Below are positions 23,650 through 31,085 of a stretch of DNA of 37,893 nucleotides, piece by piece. Made by a program: the position numbers and the translations under genes. The notes under the pieces were generated by a model. It made no database searches. It was not told where the DNA came from and worked only from the letters and a program-made list of their open reading frames with translations. The DNA is from Candidatus Eiseniibacteriota bacterium. Its GTDB lineage: Bacteria > Eisenbacteria > RBG-16-71-46. Within the stretch, counting starts at the first letter, position 1. Each line of letters begins with the position of its first letter. Location: positions 1 through 37,893 of the forward strand of contig JBAIWU010000496.1 in assembly GCA_037917155.1 (NCBI GenBank), read 5' to 3'.

Positions 23650-26062
23650 GCGAGCGCACCGGTCGCGGACCGGGAGCCGGTGCGCGTGGGTCGTCCGGCT
23701 CGTCCTCGGGCTGCCGCTCCTCGCCTCCGCCTGTGCCCCGACTCCCCCGCCCGGCTCCGCCTACCGGGCGCTGCGCGACACGACCGACTCCCTGCTGGCG
23801 GCCGGCCGGCCCGAGGACGCGGTGCGTTCCCTTCGCGCGGCGGCCACGGGAGAGGCGATGCCGCGCGCCGCATCGTGGGAGCGGGCATGGGCCGCGGCCC
23901 GCGCGCGCGCGCTCGAGCCGGTGCTCGCCGCCCCGCCGGCCGGCCGCGCGGAGCTGGCGGCCACGCGACGACCGCTCGCGCGCGACGTCGCGGAGGAGCC
24001 CGACGACTGGGCGACGCTGCGCCCCGCCCTCGAACGCCAGTTCGCGGCCCGGCGGCGCTGGCTCGGGCCGGACTCGCCCGAGCTCGCGGCGACCATGGTC
24101 GCGCTCGCGCGGCTCGAGCGCACGCGGGGGGACCGCCTGCGCGGACTCGACCTTGATTTCGAGGCGCTGCGGATCCGCCGTGCCGCGTTCGGCGCCCAGT
24201 CACCCGAGGTGGCCGAGTGCCAGCTCATGCTGGGACGCGACCTCAAGCGCGCCTCCTCGCTCGTCGATCGGCCCGAGGGCCACGTGGACACGGCGCTCGC
24301 GATCCGCAGGCTTCGCTTCGGCGAACGGTCGCCGGAATACGCCGAGGCCCTGGCGGCGCAGGCAAACCTGCTGCGTTGGGAGGACCAGCCGCGCCCGGCG
24401 CTGGTGGAGTTCGGGCACGCACGGGATCTGTTCGCCCGCGCCGGGCCACGATACGAGGCGGCGCTCGCCGGGGTCGAGGCCGACATGGCCGTCACCGAGA
24501 TGCGCGAAGGCCACTGGGAGCGGTTGGAGCGGCTCGCGCGGGCCGCTGTCGCCCGGCTCGACGCCCGCGGCGACACGACGTCCGCCGCGAGCGCCTACAG
24601 CCTGAGCGTCCTCGGGCTGGCGCTGAGGCGGATGGAACGATGGGCCGAGGCCCGGGCGGTCCTCGGGCGGGCGACGCGCGTCGAGGAGGCGCGCCGACGC
24701 TCGGCACCCGCGGACTACTTCGTCCGGCTCGAGGCCTACGCCCTGCCCTCGTACCTCGAGCTGGCGATGGTCCAGCTGGCGATGGGGGACTCGGTGGCGG
24801 CGTGGGAGACACAGGAGCGCGGGCTCAGCCGGTGGTGCGCGGAGCGGGCATGGGCGCGCGGCGAGATGGATTCAGCGACGACGTGGAACGGGCTGCTGGC
24901 ACGCGTGCAGGCCCGTCTCACCGACGCCTCCGCGGTCATCGGCTGGCTCGATCCGTTCTACCTGCCCGGCAGCCGGATCAATCCGAACTGGACGTACGTC
25001 ATCCGGCGAACCGGTCCGGTCCACTGGGCGGAGACGCGCGCCGCCGCGTCGGTGGCCCTGCACGACGACGTCGCGACGCGTCTGCGGGGTCGATTGCGGA
25101 TCGCGGCGGCATGGCCGTTCCGGATCACGCGCTTCCCCGACGTCGTGGCGGACCAGCACACGGCCTGGCAGCGACGCTTCCGTGCCGCGGAGCCGTTCCT
25201 CGCCGGCGTGCGCGAGCTGATCGTGATCTCGCCGAACGTCGACTACGAGACGCCGCTGGAGATCGCGATCGACTCGACGGGACGCGCCCTCGACGAGCGC
25301 TTCGCGATCTCCTACTCGCCGAGCGCCCTCCACTTCGCGTCCTCGCCCCGCCCCGATCGCGACGGTCGCTCGCGGCGCGAGTGGTCCAGCCTCGTCCTGA
25401 GGGCCCCGGGCCGGCCGACGCCCGACGGAAGCGACGACCTGGCGGCGGGCGACGCCGAAGTGCGCGAGCTCGTCGGCCGCGTGCGGCACCCCGTGGTGCT
25501 CACGGGGGCGGCGGCCTCCGAGGAGCGGATCCGGTCGCTCGCGCGATCGGGTGCGCTCGCGGAGCTCGACCTGCTGCACGTCACGTCGCACGCCGCCGCG
25601 CCGGACGAGTGGACCGACGAGGTCGGACTGACGCTCGCCGAGGCCATGCCCGGCGGGCATCCGGCGCCGGGCGCACCCGGGGATCGCGACGGAATCCTCA
25701 CCGTGGAGGACATCCGCAACTGGCGCCTGCGCGCCCGGCTGGTGACGCTCGCCAGCTGCACGAGCGCCGGCCAGGTCCCCAAGCACACGGAAGGCCTCCC
25801 GGGACTGGGATCGGGATTTCTCGCGGCGGGCGCTCGCAGCGTACTCGTGAGCCTGTGGCCGGTGGACGACGAGGCCACGGCGATCCTGATGCGCGACTTC
25901 TACGAGGCGCTCTTCGAGGACCGGGCGCGGCCGTGCTCGACCGCCGAGGCGCTGCGCGAGGCGCGCGAGCGCCTCCGCAATTACCGCGACGCCTCCGGCG
26001 ATCGACCCTACGCGCACCCGGCCCGCTGGGGCGGCTACGTGCTGCTCGGCGACCCGGGCTGA
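23630..26062 (+). CDS. TPR-repeat CHAT-domain (caspase-fold) protease with a lipoprotein-type signal peptide
   Basis: ATG 23630 lies 20 nt inside the anti-sigma ORF. The signal is MPAAAAERAHRSRTGSRCAWVVRLVLGLPLLASAC. About 550 aa of TPR-like helical repeats follow. The C-terminal CHAT-like core has LDLLHVTSHAA (His at 25589-25591), LVTLASCTSAG (Cys at 25757-25759) and ...HPARWGGYVLLGDPG. Confidence 0.8.
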   Translation: MPAAAAERAHRSRTGSRCAWVVRLVLGLPLLASACAPTPPPGSAYRALRDTTDSLLAAGRPEDAVRSLRAAATGEAMPRAASWERAWAAARARALEPVLAAPPAGRAELAATRRPLARDVAEEPDDWATLRPALERQFAARRRWLGPDSPELAATMVALARLERTRGDRLRGLDLDFEALRIRRAAFGAQSPEVAECQLMLGRDLKRASSLVDRPEGHVDTALAIRRLRFGERSPEYAEALAAQANLLRWEDQPRPALVEFGHARDLFARAGPRYEAALAGVEADMAVTEMREGHWERLERLARAAVARLDARGDTTSAASAYSLSVLGLALRRMERWAEARAVLGRATRVEEARRRSAPADYFVRLEAYALPSYLELAMVQLAMGDSVAAWETQERGLSRWCAERAWARGEMDSATTWNGLLARVQARLTDASAVIGWLDPFYLPGSRINPNWTYVIRRTGPVHWAETRAAASVALHDDVATRLRGRLRIAAAWPFRITRFPDVVADQHTAWQRRFRAAEPFLAGVRELIVISPNVDYETPLEIAIDSTGRALDERFAISYSPSALHFASSPRPDRDGRSRREWSSLVLRAPGRPTPDGSDDLAAGDAEVRELVGRVRHPVVLTGAAASEERIRSLARSGALAELDLLHVTSHAAAPDEWTDEVGLTLAEAMPGGHPAPGAPGDRDGILTVEDIRNWRLRARLVTLASCTSAGQVPKHTEGLPGLGSGFLAAGARSVLVSLWPVDDEATAILMRDFYEALFEDRARPCSTAEALREARERLRNYRDASGDRPYAHPARWGGYVLLGDPG

Positions 26063-26235
26063 GCCGCGCCCCGAGCGCCCGGCGTGACGCTCGCGAGCCG
26101 ATTCAGCGTCTCCAGATTCACGACGTCGTACTGACCCACGACGAAGAGGACGGGGGTCCGGATCTTCCGCAGGAACGGCGTCGAATAGTAGTCACCCAGC
26201 ATGCCGATGGAGTGTCCCCGTTCCTCGGACCCGGG
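26035..26235 (-). pseudogene. Possible remnant of an alpha/beta hydrolase gene (C-terminal fragment)
   Basis: The minus-frame fragment has an in-frame TGA at 26238-26236 at its upstream (5') limit and ends at the TAG at 26035-26037. It reads PGSEERGHSIGMLGDYYSTPFLRKIRTPVLFVVGQYDVVNLETLNRLASVTPGA... It is too short for a hydrolase, and its 3' end overlaps the CHAT gene end. Confidence 0.25.
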
Positions 26236-26254
26236 TCACGGCAGGGGCCCCGGC

Positions 26255-26782
26255 TCACGCCCCGTCGTCCAGCACGCGGCAAATGGCGGCCATCGTGCTC
26301 CAGCTGCGCGTCGTCGAGGGAACACCGAACAGCTGGTCCAGCGTTCCCAGCCAGCCGATGGCCCGCATCTGGCGCCGGTACACGCCGACGAGAAGCCGGC
26401 CCTCCCGGGTGAGGATCCGCATCATCCACGTCCCGCTGGCGGGACACGTCATCGGCAGGGATGGCGTCCGGCGAGCTCGCCGGGCCAGGACGCTCACGAA
26501 GCGGACGATGTCCGGCCGCACGGGCACGTGAGGGAACGGGTCCCGGGCGAGCAGGCGGGCGAGCTCCCGCCCGTCGACGATCGCGACGTCGGCATCGAAC
26601 GGAAGCCGTCGCGCGACCTCGGCCCGGAGTCGCGATCGCGTGACCCGTTCGCGGATCACGAGCGTTCCGGCCGCGCCGATGTTGACGGCATCCAGATGCC
26701 TCAGTTGTCGGGCGAGCGTCGTAGGACGGAAGGTCCGGTGACCGCCGACGTTGACGCCCCTCAGCAGGACCACGAGTGCCAT
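26255..26782 (-). CDS. DUF1697 domain-containing protein
   Basis: ATG 26782 gives MALVVLLRGVNVGGHRTFRPTTLARQL...NIGAAGTLVI, a typical DUF1697 N-terminus, for a 175-aa product. Confidence 0.8.
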   Translation of the reverse strand: MALVVLLRGVNVGGHRTFRPTTLARQLRHLDAVNIGAAGTLVIRERVTRSRLRAEVARRLPFDADVAIVDGRELARLLARDPFPHVPVRPDIVRFVSVLARRARRTPSLPMTCPASGTWMMRILTREGRLLVGVYRRQMRAIGWLGTLDQLFGVPSTTRSWSTMAAICRVLDDGA

Positions 26783-26850
26783 GCGTTCGTCCTCATGGAC
26801 GGAATTCCATCCTAGGCTCCGCGACGTGCGACGCTCGCGGTGCCATGCGC

Positions 26851-28740
26851 TCAGCGCACGATCACCAGTCGCCGGGCGAGCACCCGGCCGTCCGCCTCGA
26901 GCCGCGCGAAGTAGAGACCGCTCGGCGCGAGCGCACCCGTCTCGTCGCGCCCGTCCCATGTCGCCACGTGTTCGCCCGCCGCAACCGTCCCCGAAACCAG
27001 CGCGCCCATGCGCCGGCCCTGCTCGTCGTAGACCACGAGCGATGCGCGTGCGTCCCGCGGCAGGCCAAAGCGCAGCGTCGTGCCACTCCTCGCCGGGTTC
27101 GGGCTCGGCGCCGCGAGGAACACCGCGGGCGGCGGGATCGCGCCTCCCACCCCGGCCGTCGTTCCCGGCGTCACCAACGCGTACCCGCTCTCGTTGCCGT
27201 TCACGTCGAGTGCGGAGAGCTTGTAGTAGGAGCCCGCCGGCCCCGGATCCACGTAGCCGGTGTCGCTCCGGCTCGCGACCAGGTTCGAGGGACCCGGGAT
27301 GAAGCTGCTCGAGCTGCCCCGGTAGAGCTTGTAGTACCAGAAATCCGGCTCGGTGTTGGCGCCCCAGTGCAGGTTGGTCGCCCCGCCCGCGTAGGCGGCG
27401 GTGAACGGAGCGGGCACCGCGGGCGGGAGGTTGTCGACCGAGTAGCCGGAATCCGGGGAACACTCGAAGTAGGTGGTCGGCGTCGCGGTCAGGGCCCGGA
27501 CCAGGAAGACGGAGAGGTTGTTGCCGGTGGCGTTGGAATCCGCGAGGGTCGGCACGACCAATTCGTACGCGTTGTCGCCCTGCGCGCCGGCCGTGACCAC
27601 GTAGTCCCAGCCGTCCAGCCCCACCGCCGCCGGCGAGCTGCGCGGGCCGCCCTGTCCGATCCCGGCGGCCGGCGCGGGCAGCGGATCGATGCGTCGGTAG
27701 ACCGCGTAGCCGGTGATCGGCGACAGCGAGCCGGGGACGTCGAGCCCGTTCGCGGTGAAGCGGATGCGCACCTGGCGGCCCTGGTCGTTGAGCACGTCCG
27801 CGACCGAGGTGATCTCCTGCATGACGCCGAACCTCTCGATGCGGTTGTTGACCGAATCGCAGACGTAGATGTCACCCGTCGCGTCCACCGCCACGCCATA
27901 GGGACCATTGAACTGCCCGGGGGCCGTGCCCAGCGAGCCCCACTGGCTGACGTAGGTCCCCGCGCTCGTGAACTTCTGGATCCGGTTGTTGCCGTAGTCC
28001 GCCACGTAGACGTTGCCGAAGCCGTCCGCGGCGACGCCGACGGGCTCGTTCAGCTGCCCGTTGCCCGAGCCGGCGGAGCCCCACTGCGACATGTAGGCTC
28101 CCGCGGAGCCGAATTTCTCGATGCGGTTGTTGCCGTAATCCGCCACGTAGACGCTTCCCGAGCCGTCCACCGCGATTCCGTACGGCCGATTGAACTGCCC
28201 GTTGCCCGAGCCGGCGGAGCCCCACTGCGTGAGGTACGTGCCCGTGTTGCTGAACTTCTCCACCCGGTTGTTCAGCCAGTCCGTGACGAAGATGTTCCCG
28301 CCGGGTCCCACCGCGACCATATTCGGATACCCGAACTGGCCCGGGCCGGACCCTTGCGTTCCCCACTGGGTGAGGAACGTCCCGCTGCTGCTGAACTTCT
28401 CGATCCGGTAGTTGTCGAAGTCGGCGACATACACGTTTCCGGCGGCGTCCACCGCCGCGCCCGAGGGGAGCAGGAATTGCCCCGTGGCCGAGCCCGAGGA
28501 GCCCCATTGCGTGACGAAGGCACCCATGCCGCTGAACTTCTCGATTCGATTGTTGAGGCAGTCCACGACGTAAACATTCCCGCTCCCGTCCACGGCGATG
28601 CCCTCGGGATCGTCGAACAGTCCGGCCCCCGAGCCCGACGCCCCCCATTGCACCAGGAGACCGGAGCCGTTCTCCGCTGCCGCCGATGACGCATAGATCA
28701 GGAGGGTGAGACCGACGAGACAGCAGGTCGCGCGACGCAT
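26851..28740 (-). CDS. Secreted six-bladed NHL-repeat propeller protein with an FN3-like middle module and a FlgD-Ig/T9SS type-A-like C-terminal domain
   Basis: ATG 28740 is preceded by GGAGG. The signal peptide is MRRATCCLVGLTLLIYASSAAA. There are six repeats of the form GQFxxPxGIAVDGSGNVYVADxxNNRIEKF. The tail reads ...SPNPARSGTTLRFGLPRDARASLVVYDEQGRRM...WDGRDETGALAPSGLYFARLE...RRLVIVR. Confidence 0.85.
   Translation of the reverse strand: MRRATCCLVGLTLLIYASSAAAENGSGLLVQWGASGSGAGLFDDPEGIAVDGSGNVYVVDCLNNRIEKFSGMGAFVTQWGSSGSATGQFLLPSGAAVDAAGNVYVADFDNYRIEKFSSSGTFLTQWGTQGSGPGQFGYPNMVAVGPGGNIFVTDWLNNRVEKFSNTGTYLTQWGSAGSGNGQFNRPYGIAVDGSGSVYVADYGNNRIEKFGSAGAYMSQWGSAGSGNGQLNEPVGVAADGFGNVYVADYGNNRIQKFTSAGTYVSQWGSLGTAPGQFNGPYGVAVDATGDIYVCDSVNNRIERFGVMQEITSVADVLNDQGRQVRIRFTANGLDVPGSLSPITGYAVYRRIDPLPAPAAGIGQGGPRSSPAAVGLDGWDYVVTAGAQGDNAYELVVPTLADSNATGNNLSVFLVRALTATPTTYFECSPDSGYSVDNLPPAVPAPFTAAYAGGATNLHWGANTEPDFWYYKLYRGSSSSFIPGPSNLVASRSDTGYVDPGPAGSYYKLSALDVNGNESGYALVTPGTTAGVGGAIPPPAVFLAAPSPNPARSGTTLRFGLPRDARASLVVYDEQGRRMGALVSGTVAAGEHVATWDGRDETGALAPSGLYFARLEADGRVLARRLVIVR
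27829..28659 (-). repeat. In-frame tandem coding repeats (about 141 nt, 6 copies) encoding the NHL blades
   Basis: The blocks ...NNRIEKF/NNRVEKF/NNRIQKF/NNRIERF recur every ~47 aa between aa 28 and 304. Confidence 0.7.
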
Positions 28741-29168
28741 GGCAGGACCTCCGCGGGGCGAGGAGTGCGGCTGCGTTCGCCCCCCCTCTGGGCGCGCGTC
28801 CGCGCGCCGCGATGGGGCGCAGCCGTCCGGCGTGCCGGACCGGGTCACGGTCACGAACACGCGTGGAACGATCGCCCTCGGTGGGGGTGCTGGCGACCTT
28901 GCTCACAAGGCTACGCCCGGCAGGCACGGCCCGACAGGGCATTCGTCGCGTGGACGAGGACCCGGCTTCGCTCCACGATGCGAAGGCGACGAGACGCCCT
29001 GCCAACGGGGACGGCCGATCCCGGCTCGACGGCCCGCCGCCGGTCCGCGCCGGGCTGGCGTTCGTCGCGCGAATTCACGGGCCGGTGGACAATCCGTGGG
29101 CGAACACGGATCCGCCTTCTAGGCTCGGTACGATCGATCCTTCGCCAGCGCTTGGGAGGTCGGCTGCC

Positions 29169-30221
29169 ATGGGCACGTCTTTCGTTCCCCTCCGCTCGAT
29201 GACCACGGCCACACCCCTCCTCGCCCTCGTCGCTGCCGTCTCACTCGCCGGCGCTCACCCCGTTCGCGAGAGCGCGCCGCCTGCGAAGTCGCTGCTGCAG
29301 GGGCTGGAGATGTTCCAGGCCGATGTCGGCGATTCCCCGATCGAGTTCTCGATCGGCTCGATGGGAATCTCCAAGGTGCGGGGCGCCTTCACCGACTTCA
29401 GCGAGGCCCTCACGCTCGATCCGTCCGATCTCACCCGATCGTCCGTCTCCGTGGTCATCCACACGAACAGCCTCAGCACCTTCAACGAGCACCGCGACCG
29501 CGACCTGAAGAGCGCGGACTGGTTCGACGTCGAGAAATATCCGACGGCCCTGTTCTCGAGTCGCGAGATCGTGCGACAGGGCGACGGCTACCTCATGCGC
29601 GGCAGCCTGACGCTGCACGGCGTCACCCACGACGTCGAGATCCCGTTCACCTTCAACGGGTGGCTCCGCAACGTGTACGGCTCGGACTGGGCGGGCTTCG
29701 AGGGCCACACGGTGCTGAACCGCAAGGACTACGGCATCGTCGGCCCGGCGCGGTCGAATGTCCTGCTCGAGCTGGGCAAGGCGAGCGTCGCGGACGAGGT
29801 CGACCTGCGGCTTGCGGTCGAGGCGAGCCACCCCCTGCCGCGGGACACGCTGCGCGACCGGACCGCGGACTCGCTCTGGCGCGAGGTCCTCGCCCGCGGT
29901 GTCGCGCCCGTCGTGAAGGACTTCCGAGCGCAATGGTCGGCCCCGGCCAACCCGACGCCGGTGAGCGAACTGCGCCTGGCCATCGTGGGCTACCAGCTCG
30001 CGGACCGCGGCCGGCCGCTCGACGGGCTCGAGATCTTCAGGCTGGAGTCCGAGGCGTTCCCGCGCTCGCCGACGGGGCCGACGGGCATGGCCTACGCCTT
30101 CGCCGTGCTCGGCGACCGCGAGGAGGCGCGCGCAAGCGCCCAGCGGGCGATCGCGGTGAGCCCGGTCGCCACCCGGGCCATGGAGATCCTCCGCCGCGTG
30201 CAGGCGACCGACGTGAACTAG
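29169..30221 (+). CDS. YceI-family (polyisoprenoid-binding-like) periplasmic protein with a ~135-aa helical C-terminal extension
   Basis: ATG 29169 is preceded by GGGAGG (29154-29159). A signal peptide is present. The YceI core is SKVRGAFTDFSEALTLDP...HRDRDLKSADWFDVEKYPTALF...GSLTLHGVTHDVEIPFTFNG. The extension SLWREVLARG...AFAVLGDREEARASAQRAIAVSP looks TPR-like. Confidence 0.8.
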   Translation: MGTSFVPLRSMTTATPLLALVAAVSLAGAHPVRESAPPAKSLLQGLEMFQADVGDSPIEFSIGSMGISKVRGAFTDFSEALTLDPSDLTRSSVSVVIHTNSLSTFNEHRDRDLKSADWFDVEKYPTALFSSREIVRQGDGYLMRGSLTLHGVTHDVEIPFTFNGWLRNVYGSDWAGFEGHTVLNRKDYGIVGPARSNVLLELGKASVADEVDLRLAVEASHPLPRDTLRDRTADSLWREVLARGVAPVVKDFRAQWSAPANPTPVSELRLAIVGYQLADRGRPLDGLEIFRLESEAFPRSPTGPTGMAYAFAVLGDREEARASAQRAIAVSPVATRAMEILRRVQATDVN

Positions 30222-30350
30222 TCCACCTCGAGGTGTCGCCGGGAACAAGAGACGGCTTCCCGCCGGGGAGCCCTGTGCCCTACTGTCGGAGCGGCCGCGC
30301 GGCGCCCGCCGCCGACCGTCACGCAGGCTTCCGGCGGAAGGGAACACGGC

Positions 30351-30992
30351 ATGAGCAGGATTGTCGGGTTCGGAGAGGACGTCGAGGGCTACGGCATCCC
30401 GGTGCTGAACGAGCGCGAGATCCGCGCGGCGGCCGGACTGCTGTTCCTCATGATGTTCGTCGCCGTCGTGGCCGCCGCCCTCAAGGGCAACTTCGTGCTC
30501 CTGAAGTACTCGATCGCCATCTTCCTTCCCGACATCCTCATCCGCGTCGTCGTCAGTCCCCGGTATTCCCCGTCGTTGATCCTCGGACGGCTCATCGTGC
30601 GGAACCAGGTGCCCGAGTACGTGGGCGCCGAGCAGAAGAGGTTCGCGTGGATCATCGGCGCGGTGATCGCGGGCACGATGTTCGTCCTCGTCAACGTGAT
30701 GAACACCTACGGCCCGGTCTCGGGAATCCTCTGCCTGGTCTGCCTCGTCTTCCTCTTCTTCGAGTCGGCCTTCGGCATCTGCCTGGGCTGCAAGGCCTAC
30801 TCGCTCATCTACCGCGAACAGGCCCGGTACTGCCCCGGCGAGACGTGTGCCGTGACGGACCGGCAGGCCGTCCAGAAGACCTCGTCAGCGCAGCGCCTGC
30901 TGGTCGTCGGTCTCGTCGCGTACGTGGTCCTCATGGTCCTGCTGTTCCACGGGACGTTCAGCGTGAAGCCTCATCCCCTGTTCGGCGGGTAG
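30351..30992 (+). CDS. DUF4395 domain-containing membrane protein
   Basis: The product has GYGIPVLNEREIRAAAG, YVGAEQKRFAWIIG and LFFESAFGICLGCKAY, with 4-5 hydrophobic helices. GC is visibly lower than in neighbouring genes. Confidence 0.8.
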   Translation: MSRIVGFGEDVEGYGIPVLNEREIRAAAGLLFLMMFVAVVAAALKGNFVLLKYSIAIFLPDILIRVVVSPRYSPSLILGRLIVRNQVPEYVGAEQKRFAWIIGAVIAGTMFVLVNVMNTYGPVSGILCLVCLVFLFFESAFGICLGCKAYSLIYREQARYCPGETCAVTDRQAVQKTSSAQRLLVVGLVAYVVLMVLLFHGTFSVKPHPLFGG

Positions 30993-31085
30993 GCCTCCGG
31001 CCCCCGACGGGCTCAAGGTTTCGCGGCGCACTTCCGGCACGCCTTCCTCGCGCAGCCGGGGAGCAGGCCGGTTCGTCCGAGCGCC

